A stretch of DNA of 64,000 nucleotides, from IMG/VR virus record IMGVR_UViG_3300036806_000429; one strand, 5' to 3'. A program made the translations under genes and the position numbers. Shown here one piece after another: positions 50,865-59,077 of the stretch. Below the pieces are notes generated by a model. It was not told the origin of the DNA. It saw only the letters and a program-made list of their open reading frames with translations, and did no database searches. This stretch comes from a virus. Each line of letters starts with the position of its first letter. Position 1 is the stretch's first letter.

Positions 50865-51952
50865 GCAGCCTCCCAGTTCATGGCTTCGCGGAACTTCTTG
50901 TTCAGCTCGGCGCGGATCTCCGGGTGCTTGCGTAGGAACTTCGTGGCGGCAATCTCGCCCATGCCGATGCGCTCGCCGTCCATCGAATACCAAGTGCCAG
51001 CCTTGGTGACCAAGCCCAGCCGCTCGCACTCCTTCAACAGCGAGCGCGCCGCGTCGGCGCCCTTCCCGTACTTGATGATGAAGGCGGCCTTCTTGAACGG
51101 CGGAGCGATCTGATTCTTGCGACAGTCCACCTCGATCTTGTTGGCTATCTTGACGCCTTCTTCCTTCTCGTTACCGACGCGAATGACCTTCATGATCAGC
51201 GAGGCGTAGAAGCGCGGCGCTTGGCCTCCGCCGATGTCGTCCGGGTCGCCGAACATCACGCCAATCTTCTTGCGCACTTGGCTGATGAGTACCAATGCGA
51301 TGTCCTCGTGCGACAGAACCTTCACCAGCTTGGGCAACTGACGAGACCAGATGCGCGCTTCGGGCGCGATGTGGTGGTCGCCGGCCTCCGCGTCCAACAC
51401 CGCCTTGGCGATGGCCGCGTTGATGGAGTCGAGCACGATGAGCACCGGCTTGCGCTTCCCGGTGGCCTCGCGACGCTCCTTGATCTTCTCCACCAGCTTG
51501 AATGTCCCGTCGAAGAATTGCTCCAACGTCGATGGCTGGCTGATGAGCAGCCGGTTCTTGTCCACGCCGAGCGCTTCGGCATAGTCCGGATCCAACTTGT
51601 GCTCGTTGTCGAAGTAGATGGCCCAGCCGCCGCGCGATTGGACCTCTGCCACGAGTTGCAGACACAGAGTGGTCTTTCCGGAGCCCTCGCCGCCGTGAAG
51701 GATGGTGACGCGGCCGAGCGGCACACCGCCGCGCCCGATGGCGACATCCAACGCCGGGATGCGCGTTGAGATCACGCCGCGGATCTTCAGCGCCACTTCG
51801 TCGCTGCCCAACAGCATGGCGTTCTCTTCTCCGATTGCCTCCTGCATGCCCTCCAGCAGGAACTTCATGTCATCGCCGCTCGAAGACGAAACCGGCGCCC
51901 CTTTCGAGGCGCCGGCTTTCTTCGCGGCTTTTTTGGCCGCTGCCATGCTCAC
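50861..51952 (-). CDS. recA: RecA-family recombinase
   Basis: GRVTILHGGEGSGKTTLCLQLVAEVQSRGGWAIYFDNEHKLDPDYAEALGVD...LLISQPSTLEQ follows bacterial RecA closely. Confidence 0.85.
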   Translation of the reverse strand: MSMAAAKKAAKKAGASKGAPVSSSSGDDMKFLLEGMQEAIGEENAMLLGSDEVALKIRGVISTRIPALDVAIGRGGVPLGRVTILHGGEGSGKTTLCLQLVAEVQSRGGWAIYFDNEHKLDPDYAEALGVDKNRLLISQPSTLEQFFDGTFKLVEKIKERREATGKRKPVLIVLDSINAAIAKAVLDAEAGDHHIAPEARIWSRQLPKLVKVLSHEDIALVLISQVRKKIGVMFGDPDDIGGGQAPRFYASLIMKVIRVGNEKEEGVKIANKIEVDCRKNQIAPPFKKAAFIIKYGKGADAARSLLKECERLGLVTKAGTWYSMDGERIGMGEIAATKFLRKHPEIRAELNKKFREAMNWEAA

Positions 51953-53289
51953 TTCTTCTTCTTGGGCTTCTTGGGCGTCTCGTCCTCGTCGGGCTCGAGA
52001 TCCGCCAGAGCGGCCTCCATGTCTTCCAGGTCCTCCTCCTCGTCGTCAGCCGCGGGCTTCGCCGGCTTGGAGGGCTTCTCGGACTTCACCGGCTTGGCCG
52101 GCTTCTTGGGTGGCGGCGGCTCGTCATCTTCGTCGTCCGCCTCCTCGTCGTCGTCCTCGTCGTCTGCTTCGTCCTCGTCCTCCTCGGGCTCGGGCGCGGG
52201 CTTCTTCTTCGCCGGCTTAGCGGGTTTAGCGGGCGGCTCGTCGTCGTCCTCGTGCTCCGGCTTCTTGGGCTTTTTGGCCGGCTTAGCGGGAGGCTCGTCG
52301 TCATCGTCCTCGTCTGCTTCCGGCTCGTCGTCCTCGTCGTCGTCCTCCTCGGGCTCCGGCTTCTTCGCCGGCTTGGCGCTCTTGGCGGGCTTCTTTGGCG
52401 GCGGCTCGTCGTCGTCGTCCTCGTCTGCTTCCGGCTCGTCGTCCGCCTCCTCCTCGTCGTCGTCCTCGGGCTCCGGCTTCTTGGCTTTCTTCTTCTTGGG
52501 CGTCTCGTCCTCGTCGTTTTCGTCCGGGTCGGTTTCGACGGCCACGCCGTCGACCATGGCCTGAACTTCCGCCGTGGGCTTGATCAAGTTGGACGTGATG
52601 CGGAACAGGTCGCAGTCGCCGCCTTCCGCGATGGCCTTGGCCAACGCGCTCTTCATGGACTTCGGCAGCACGAACGCCGTTTTCAGCGTCGAGCTCTCCA
52701 CCGTCACCTTGTACTTGGTGTTCCGGCTGTCGCCGGTGCGCTCAATGCGCACGAGGATTGCCGCCGAAGGGTCGGTGATGTCGTCGTGCTCCATGAACAG
52801 ATCCATGATGCCCGAGTGGATCTGCTTGCCGATGAATGCCACGCTCGGCTTCCCGCTCAGATCGCTCCACGGCGCCGAGCTCTTGGTGCGGTGCTTCAGC
52901 GGGGTCATGCCCCACAGGTACCGCGACTGCCGCCGCGACTCGTCCGCCGCGTCCTCCTCGATGGTGCCATCCCGGAGCGCCGTCGCGACGGGGCAACCGC
53001 CGGTGAGGCGCTTCTTGGCCTTCTTCAGGAAGGCCTTCACGTAGGGGTGATCGATGATGGGGTTGGCTTCGGAATCCAACGACACCGCCATCTGCTTTGC
53101 GGACGATCCGAGGCCGTAATGGACAGCGACGGGCACGAACGGCAGGTTGGCCGTCGGCTCCCACTCGTCGTCGGGGCGACACTGCGGGTGGATGTAGACC
53201 AGCGTCTGGCCCTTCTCGAAGCTCAAGAAGTCCCCAGATTTCTGGTCCTCCTCGTAGCGCTTCCGCATCTTGTCCATATCAATTGCCAT
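51949..53289 (-). CDS. replication-module protein with a long acidic/basic repeat tail (possible ssDNA-binding protein)
   Basis: AAGGAGAA SD. The roughly 250-aa globular N-terminus precedes an approximately 195-aa tail. It lies between the RecA gene and the possible mediator gene. The function is inferred from position and the acidic tail only. Confidence 0.55.
   Translation of the reverse strand: MAIDMDKMRKRYEEDQKSGDFLSFEKGQTLVYIHPQCRPDDEWEPTANLPFVPVAVHYGLGSSAKQMAVSLDSEANPIIDHPYVKAFLKKAKKRLTGGCPVATALRDGTIEEDAADESRRQSRYLWGMTPLKHRTKSSAPWSDLSGKPSVAFIGKQIHSGIMDLFMEHDDITDPSAAILVRIERTGDSRNTKYKVTVESSTLKTAFVLPKSMKSALAKAIAEGGDCDLFRITSNLIKPTAEVQAMVDGVAVETDPDENDEDETPKKKKAKKPEPEDDDEEEADDEPEADEDDDDEPPPKKPAKSAKPAKKPEPEEDDDEDDEPEADEDDDDEPPAKPAKKPKKPEHEDDDEPPAKPAKPAKKKPAPEPEEDEDEADDEDDDEEADDEDDEPPPPKKPAKPVKSEKPSKPAKPAADDEEEDLEDMEAALADLEPDEDETPKKPKKKK
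51952..52536 (-). repeat. low-complexity coding repeats (alternating poly-Asp/Glu and Pro/Lys/Ala blocks)
   Basis: Repeated DDDDEPP(A/P)K(K)PAK(P/K) units are visible in the protein. ggcttcttgg and cgtcgtcctcgtc recur in the DNA. Confidence 0.8.
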
Positions 53290-53848
53290 CGGATTCTCCT
53301 TCAGCGGGCTTGGCGCCCTTCTTCTTCTTGTTGATTTGGCGCAGCTTGTCCACGCGCGGGTCCTGGGTGTCGTCGTCGTCCGTCGTTACCGTCGGGCGCG
53401 TCTTGGGCGTGACCGGAGTGGTCATGCCTGTCTTGGCGAGCTCGCCGCGCGCGATGGCGCCGCGCGACTGGAGCATGTTGCCCTTCTTGTCGAAGGACTG
53501 GAAGATGGCGCGGGCGATCGTGACGTTCTCCGCGGCCTTCGCGATTGCCTGCTTGAACTTCAGGAATTCCTCGCAGGCCTCCACCTTGCGCTCGATCTTG
53601 TCCACGCCCATCTTGGGGTCGGACTCCAAGAATTCGTTGAACTTCCTGGCGCGCCAGGAACGGTAGAAGGCGTCAGCCTCCACGGCCTCGCGCTCGGCGG
53701 CAGCCCAAACGGAGCCCCACCAAGCCATCTCCGACGCCACGCGGTCCATGTCGGCGGAGATGTCCGAGATGGGCAAACCGTCCTTGGTGTTGAGCTCCAC
53801 GACGGTCCCGGCGACCGTGATGGAGCGTTTGGAAAAGTCCGTTGCCAT
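53279..53848 (-). CDS. hypothetical protein (possible UvsY-like recombination mediator; weak)
   Basis: Position next to the SSB-like and RecA genes. Helical. AWWGSVWAAAEREAVEADAFYRSWRA and LQSRGAIARG loosely recall UvsY. Confidence 0.45.
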   Translation of the reverse strand: MATDFSKRSITVAGTVVELNTKDGLPISDISADMDRVASEMAWWGSVWAAAEREAVEADAFYRSWRARKFNEFLESDPKMGVDKIERKVEACEEFLKFKQAIAKAAENVTIARAIFQSFDKKGNMLQSRGAIARGELAKTGMTTPVTPKTRPTVTTDDDDTQDPRVDKLRQINKKKKGAKPAEGESDGN

Positions 53849-53850
53849 CG

Positions 53851-54234
53851 CTATTCGTCGGCCGCGGGCTTCTTCGCGGCTTTCTTCTTGGCAGGGGCAG
53901 CCTCGGGCGCCGCGGGCTTCTTGGACTTCTTCTTAGGCGCCTCCTGCGACGCGGCCTTGGCAGCCTTCTTGGCCACCACGTTGATCCGACGCTTCGCGAT
54001 CTGCGACTGTCGGAACTTCAACACGAAGCTGTCCGGGTATTCCACCGGCTTTCCCGCGTTGACGGCCGGCGTCACGAGCGTGCGCCCCTTGTACTTCCGG
54101 CGCTCGAAGGTGCCGAAGTTCTTGATGCGGACGGCCTCGCCGCGCGTGATCGCGGCCAGTATGGCCTCGAACACGTTGGACAGGATGTCCGTTCTCACCC
54201 CGGCTTCCCGGGCCACGTCGTGAATACCTGGCAT
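53851..54234 (-). CDS. HU/IHF-family DNA-binding protein with a Lys/Ala-rich C-terminal tail
   Basis: VRIKNFGTFERRKYKGRTLVTPAVNAGKPVEYPDSFVLKFRQS is the HU beta-arm pattern. The tail is AKKAAKAASQEAPKKKSKKPAAPEAAPAKKKAAKKPAADE. Confidence 0.8.
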   Translation of the reverse strand: MPGIHDVAREAGVRTDILSNVFEAILAAITRGEAVRIKNFGTFERRKYKGRTLVTPAVNAGKPVEYPDSFVLKFRQSQIAKRRINVVAKKAAKAASQEAPKKKSKKPAAPEAAPAKKKAAKKPAADE

Positions 54235-54267
54235 GTTTTCTCCTTAATCTTTGGAGTGGTGGTGTCT

Positions 54268-57200
54268 TTACTCTGCTGCGACGGGTTTGGCTGAAGGCAA
54301 CTCCGCTTTCTTCAGCACCTTCAGCGTTCCGCCATTGAATATGTTGGCCAGACCGCCACGCAACCGGTCCGGCGACCGCTCGATGTTCACGGTGAGCAGC
54401 CTGCCCACCTTCACCACCGACAACACGTCCTCCCAGACGGACGCGAAGCACATCACCTCAATCCAACGCTGGTCGCCGCCGAGCAGCCCGAAGTAGGCCA
54501 TCAAGCCACCCTTCCTGTCGTACTTGGGCCGAACGTCGGTGACGATGCCCGTGAACAGTCCGCCGCGCGTCGATTCCCAGAACTTCTTGTTGGTGTAGCG
54601 CGCCTTGAGGTGCGCCTTGTCCTTCCACGGGTAGTACCGCGACGGATGCCGCCCCATCACGATCCGCTCCCACAGTCCGAGCTCCTCGCCCTTGCGCACC
54701 TTCTGCCGGAAGGCGGCGATGTCGACGGCGTACTGCGCGCGGAGCGTCTGCGTAAAGTTGGAAGCGGTGACGTGCACGATCACCGGAGTGCCCAAGCCCT
54801 TGTCGATGATCTCGCGGAAGTCATCGAACAGGTGGAAGTCAAACTTCACCCGGTTCTGCTTCCCGGAGCGCTCCTCGATATTGACGTTGGCGTAGCGCGC
54901 TCCCCAGAATTGCTGCTCGCGCTCCTCCTGGCTTGGCAGAGTGCCAGTGTGGAAGTCGCCGATCTGGTTGTACTTCACCTCCACGATGACGCCCGCGATG
55001 TAGTGGCCCTTGCCGTCGAAGTCCTTGAAATAGTCATCGGATCCCATCTCGGTGATTGGCACCTTCACCGACTCGGCCATGAATGAGGCGTAGGCGTCAA
55101 TGGGGTGCCGACCGAACGCGAGCGGGCTGACCTGGCTGGACACCAACAGCTTGTCCTCCTCGTTGTAGTCGGGCTCGGCGCGGCTCGCCTCCAGCATCGC
55201 CGTCGTCTTCTCGAGCGTGTCGGACTTCCGCTTGGACGTGAGCGCGCCCCAAGCAGCGTCGGCATTCTCGATGAACCAGCGTACGTTCGGCACCAACCCG
55301 TCCAGCGCGCCGGCCTTCGCCAAAGCGACGACCGCACCACGGTTGCACTTCCGCCGCTCCACCCGGGCCGCGAAGTCCTGGATTGAAGCATAGGGCTGCG
55401 CGGCCATGATGGCGCCGGCTGCGCCCTCGCCCACGCCCTTGATGTCCACCAGCGAGCCGCGGATGGCCAGAGCTCCGTCGATGACGAAGTGCGTCTTGGA
55501 GGTCGAGACGTGCGGCGGCTTCAACTCGATGCCGTGTCGCTTCGCGTCCTTCGCGATCTGTTGGATGCGGATGCGCTCTGGCTCGTTCTTGAGCAGAGCC
55601 CAGTAGAACTCCACAGGGTAATACACCTTGATCCACATGCACCAGAACGCGATCATGCCGTACGCGGTGGCGTGGCTCTTGTTGAAGCCGTACGAGCCGA
55701 AGAAGGTGATGGCGTCCATGATCTTGTTGGCCACCGCCTCCGTCATCCCGGGCGTGTGCTTCATCGCCCCCTCCACAAACTTCTCGCGCTCCTTGCCCAG
55801 TGTCTCGTCGCCGATCTTCTTGGCAATCGTCTTGCGCAGCGAATCGGCGGTGCCCGGCGCGAAGCCCGCGATCTCGGTGAAGATGCGCAGCACGTGCTCC
55901 TGGTACACGATGATGCCCAGTGTGTCCGCCGTGACCTTGGAAACGGCCGGATGGAAGTCGATCTTTTTCACCAGGTGCGGCTTCTTCTTGCGCTCCACGT
56001 ACTTCGTCGCGAGGCCGGAGCGGCTCGTGCCCGGACGGTTGAGCGCCGTCATCGCTGCCACGTCCTCGAAGCTGTTGAAGTTCACGCCTTGGCAGACCTT
56101 GTCGGCGCTAGGCGTGTCGTACTGGAACACGCCGCCATATTCGTGGTCGGTGAAGCCCTGGAGCACCTTCGGGTCGTTCAGGTCGACATCCGACGGATTC
56201 TCCATGTCGATGTGCCGACCGTGGCGCGTCTCGATGGCCTCCAACGCCTCCTTGATCACGGTGAGCGTCCGCAGCCCGAGCACGTCCATCTTCACGAGGC
56301 CGGCCGCCGCGACGCCGTACATGTCGAAGGCGCTGACGATCACCTTCTCGTCGTTGTGCGTTCGGACCTCAAGCGGGATCACGTCCGTCAGCGGGACCGG
56401 CGAGGCCACGACCCCAGCGGCGTGGATCCCCAAGTTCTTGGCCATGCCTTCCAGCTTGCGCGCGTGGTGGAGCACCTTCGGATAGCGCTTGTTGAACTCG
56501 CGGCACACCTCGAAGTCCTTGAAGCTGTCTTCGATCGTCTGGCTGGCGCGCTCGTCGCCCGAGCTCCGCTCGATGATGCTGTTGGTGACTTGGTTCACCT
56601 CGTTCAGCGGTATCTCCAGGACGCGCGACACCGAACGGATGCACTCTTTGCCCGACAGCTTCCCGATGGTGGCTATTTGGCACACCTTGTCTTCGCCGTA
56701 CTTCTGGCGAATGTACTGGATGATCTCGCCGCGGCGCCGGTCCTCGAAGTCCATGTCCACGTCCGGCATGTCGATGCGGAACGGGCTGATGAAGCGTTCG
56801 AAGATCAACCCGTGCTCGATCGGGTCTGTCGCTGCGATGCCCAGCAGGAACGCGATGAGCGATCCGCCGACGGAGCCGCGGCCGGGCCCGACCATGATCT
56901 TGGCCTCGCGAGCGAAGGCGTACAGGTCGCGAATGATCAGGAAGTATGGCACAAACTTCTGTTTTTTGAGCGCCTTCAGCTCCATCAGCAGCCGCTGCCT
57001 GTAGATGTCCAGCGCCGCCGTCGGCGCGATCTTCTCGCGCCGCGCGTACACGTTGGCGCGACGCGGTATCTCGCGCCAAGCCCAGCCGCCCAAACACAGG
57101 TCCTTCAGATAGGCGAAGTGATCGCCCGCGTACTTCTCCGGCACGCCCGGGTCCGGAAGCAGCGCGGCGTGGTAGTCGGCCTCAATCTTGGCGGTGCACC

Positions 57201-58131
57201 CGTCGGCGAGCTCGAGTGCGCTGTTGAGTGCCTCGCGCACGAGCTCCTTGGGGATGTGGCTGTGGTGCTTCCTGAAGGCCTGGAACATCTCCTTGCGCGT
57301 TCTGAAGTGGAATTCGTCGCCGTCGAATTTGAAACGCTCGGGGTCACGCAGGTTGGTCGCCGTACCGATGCACAGCAAAACCTCGTGGTGTTCGGCGTCC
57401 GCCTGCTCCACATAGTGGGCGTCCTGCGTGGCGAGGAGCTTGTTGCGTCCGCCGTAGCGATCGCGCAGCTTCAGCATCAGCTCGTTGGCAATGTACTGGT
57501 CCTTGATGGCGTGCGGCTGCACCTCCAACCAGAACCGGTCGCCGAAGGCCTCCTGGAGTTGATCGGCAAAGTCGAACGCCTGGCGCTTCTTCCCGGCCAG
57601 CCACGAGTCGTTGATGGGGCTGGACAGACAGCCGGAGGCAACGTGGATGCCCGCGCCGTGCTCGATGAGGGCCGCCAAGTCGACGCGCGGCTTGTAGTAG
57701 AATCCATCGATGAACGACGCGCTGGACAGCTTGTACAGGTTCCGGAGCCCCTCATTGGTCTGGGCCCAACACGTGATGTGCCAACGGTCCCGGATGCCCT
57801 CGCGCTCCTCGTACTGCTTGACCAGCAGCTTGTGGTCGGCCTTCTTGGCGCCGGCTGTGATTGTCGCCTTCTCCTCGTCCGTCAGGCCGCGGCGCCTCAT
57901 GTCGCGCGACACGTAAAACTCCGTGCCGAAGATGGGCTTGATGTCGGCCGCCTTGCACTGCTCGTAGTGCGTCATCACCCCGCGCATCGTGCCGTGATCT
58001 GTGAAGGCGAGGGCCTTGTGGCCGCGAGCCTTCGCCGTCTTCACGTACTCGCTGATCTTCCCGCAGCCATCGAGCTGGCTCATGTCGCTGTGGGTGTGAA
58101 GGTGAACGAAGTCGTCAACCAATTCAGGCAT
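54268..58131 (-). CDS. dnaE: DNA polymerase III alpha subunit (DnaE-type replicative polymerase)
   Basis: 1287 aa. N-terminal PHP motif HLHTHSDMSQLDG, followed by polymerase core and OB-fold region in the usual order. Confidence 0.95.
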   Translation of the reverse strand: MPELVDDFVHLHTHSDMSQLDGCGKISEYVKTAKARGHKALAFTDHGTMRGVMTHYEQCKAADIKPIFGTEFYVSRDMRRRGLTDEEKATITAGAKKADHKLLVKQYEEREGIRDRWHITCWAQTNEGLRNLYKLSSASFIDGFYYKPRVDLAALIEHGAGIHVASGCLSSPINDSWLAGKKRQAFDFADQLQEAFGDRFWLEVQPHAIKDQYIANELMLKLRDRYGGRNKLLATQDAHYVEQADAEHHEVLLCIGTATNLRDPERFKFDGDEFHFRTRKEMFQAFRKHHSHIPKELVREALNSALELADGCTAKIEADYHAALLPDPGVPEKYAGDHFAYLKDLCLGGWAWREIPRRANVYARREKIAPTAALDIYRQRLLMELKALKKQKFVPYFLIIRDLYAFAREAKIMVGPGRGSVGGSLIAFLLGIAATDPIEHGLIFERFISPFRIDMPDVDMDFEDRRRGEIIQYIRQKYGEDKVCQIATIGKLSGKECIRSVSRVLEIPLNEVNQVTNSIIERSSGDERASQTIEDSFKDFEVCREFNKRYPKVLHHARKLEGMAKNLGIHAAGVVASPVPLTDVIPLEVRTHNDEKVIVSAFDMYGVAAAGLVKMDVLGLRTLTVIKEALEAIETRHGRHIDMENPSDVDLNDPKVLQGFTDHEYGGVFQYDTPSADKVCQGVNFNSFEDVAAMTALNRPGTSRSGLATKYVERKKKPHLVKKIDFHPAVSKVTADTLGIIVYQEHVLRIFTEIAGFAPGTADSLRKTIAKKIGDETLGKEREKFVEGAMKHTPGMTEAVANKIMDAITFFGSYGFNKSHATAYGMIAFWCMWIKVYYPVEFYWALLKNEPERIRIQQIAKDAKRHGIELKPPHVSTSKTHFVIDGALAIRGSLVDIKGVGEGAAGAIMAAQPYASIQDFAARVERRKCNRGAVVALAKAGALDGLVPNVRWFIENADAAWGALTSKRKSDTLEKTTAMLEASRAEPDYNEEDKLLVSSQVSPLAFGRHPIDAYASFMAESVKVPITEMGSDDYFKDFDGKGHYIAGVIVEVKYNQIGDFHTGTLPSQEEREQQFWGARYANVNIEERSGKQNRVKFDFHLFDDFREIIDKGLGTPVIVHVTASNFTQTLRAQYAVDIAAFRQKVRKGEELGLWERIVMGRHPSRYYPWKDKAHLKARYTNKKFWESTRGGLFTGIVTDVRPKYDRKGGLMAYFGLLGGDQRWIEVMCFASVWEDVLSVVKVGRLLTVNIERSPDRLRGGLANIFNGGTLKVLKKAELPSAKPVAAE

Positions 58132-58381
58132 CTTCCCTCAAAGTTAGCAGGTAGCGCGCGACCTCGCGCAGGTCGTCGGGCGCGTTGGACATGGACAGCT
58201 GCCGTACGTACTGCGGATCCTTGGCGGCCACCTGACTGAGCGTGCTGCCCGAGTGCTGCCCGCTGAGCAGCAGCGCGTCGCCGCCGTCTGTGCTGACCTT
58301 CGCGCGGAGCGGCCGCGCCGCGTTCAACTGTTGCGGGTCGCGTGCGCCCTTCAGGCTCTGGCGCAGCTCACCGAGCTTCAT
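58124..58381 (-). CDS. MKL-leader family small protein
   Basis: ATG 58381 gives MKLGELRQSL. It overlaps the dnaE start by 8 nt. Confidence 0.5.
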   Translation of the reverse strand: MKLGELRQSLKGARDPQQLNAARPLRAKVSTDGGDALLLSGQHSGSTLSQVAAKDPQYVRQLSMSNAPDDLREVARYLLTLREDA

Positions 58382-58934
58382 ACATGCTGGCCAGGAGCTC
58401 GATGCGCGACACGCCGTCTTCAGGCCGCGTCACGTCGGTGTCGATGGCGTCCTTGAAGAAGGGCACGAGCTCATACACGAGCTCGAAGGAGCCGTGCAGA
58501 GCTTTCAGGATGGACAGCGAGGGCGAGGCGTCGCCCCTTGCCACTACGCGCTTCAGGGACGTGTTGGGGTCGGCCGTCAGCCAGACGTACAGGACCGGGG
58601 TGCGCCCGAACAACCCTGCCCAAAGGCGCACCAGCTCGCCTGCATCTGAGATGGGCCTGGATCCGTAGGCGACGGCTGAAGCCATCGAGCGGTCCAGCAC
58701 GACGTTCGACGGCTTCAGCTTGCCCAAGATGTCGGCGACGTACAGATCATCCACGTGCGTGTTGTATGGCACGTTGAAGGCCTGAAGGTCGCGCTCCACC
58801 TTGTACTTGCCGTTGAAGTGACAGTCGGAGCTCGGCCGGAAGGCCCGGAGCGGCGTGTAGCCGAGCCGCTCCTGTAGCAGCCTTGCGTAGGTCGACTTGC
58901 CCACGCCGTTCACGCCTTCCAACACGATGATCAA
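58368..58934 (-). CDS. thymidylate kinase-like P-loop dNMP kinase
   Basis: TTG 58934. P-loop LEGVNGVGKST, DRSMASAVAYG (Tmk DR(Y/H)xxSxxAY), and LID-like KRVVARGD. Confidence 0.7.
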   Translation of the reverse strand: MIIVLEGVNGVGKSTYARLLQERLGYTPLRAFRPSSDCHFNGKYKVERDLQAFNVPYNTHVDDLYVADILGKLKPSNVVLDRSMASAVAYGSRPISDAGELVRLWAGLFGRTPVLYVWLTADPNTSLKRVVARGDASPSLSILKALHGSFELVYELVPFFKDAIDTDVTRPEDGVSRIELLASMYEAR

Positions 58935-59077
58935 TGGAGGTTCTCCGGAGGTGCCGCCTTGGGCTTGTTCGGAACCAAACGAAGCAGCGCGGATCCGACG
59001 AGGCCAAAGACGAGCAGAACGACGGCGAGGCCTCCGCCGACGGCCACGATGTACTGGAAGACGAGAAGCGGGTTCAC
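58931..59077 (-). CDS. possible 48-aa single-TM peptide
   Basis: Not in the track. GTG 59077 is in a GTGA overlap with the thyX stop. VNPLLVFQYIVAVGGGLAVVLLVFGLVGSALLRLVPNKPKAAPPENLH. Its stop overlaps the kinase TTG. Confidence 0.35.
   Translation of the reverse strand: MNPLLVFQYIVAVGGGLAVVLLVFGLVGSALLRLVPNKPKAAPPENLH

Noticed and set aside
54268-58131. Intein or homing-endonuclease insertion in DnaE, and likewise in TerL, RecA and ThyX
   Set aside because: Protein lengths are close to normal for the families and the motif order is uninterrupted. The 27-aa ThyX insertion is far too short for an intein, and no HNH, LAGLIDADG or GIY-YIG motifs were seen.
55489-58239. 916-aa plus-strand ORF. 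Similar long plus-strand ORFs lie at 51766-53334, 40694-42292, 29029-30690, 8254-9657 and 47926-49326.
   Set aside because: They lie antisense to minus-strand genes with strong motif support (DnaE, the SSB-like protein, MazG region, TerL, SbcC). Their translations are Arg/Leu/Gly/Val/His-rich and have no motifs. They are typical shadow ORFs of a GC-rich genome.
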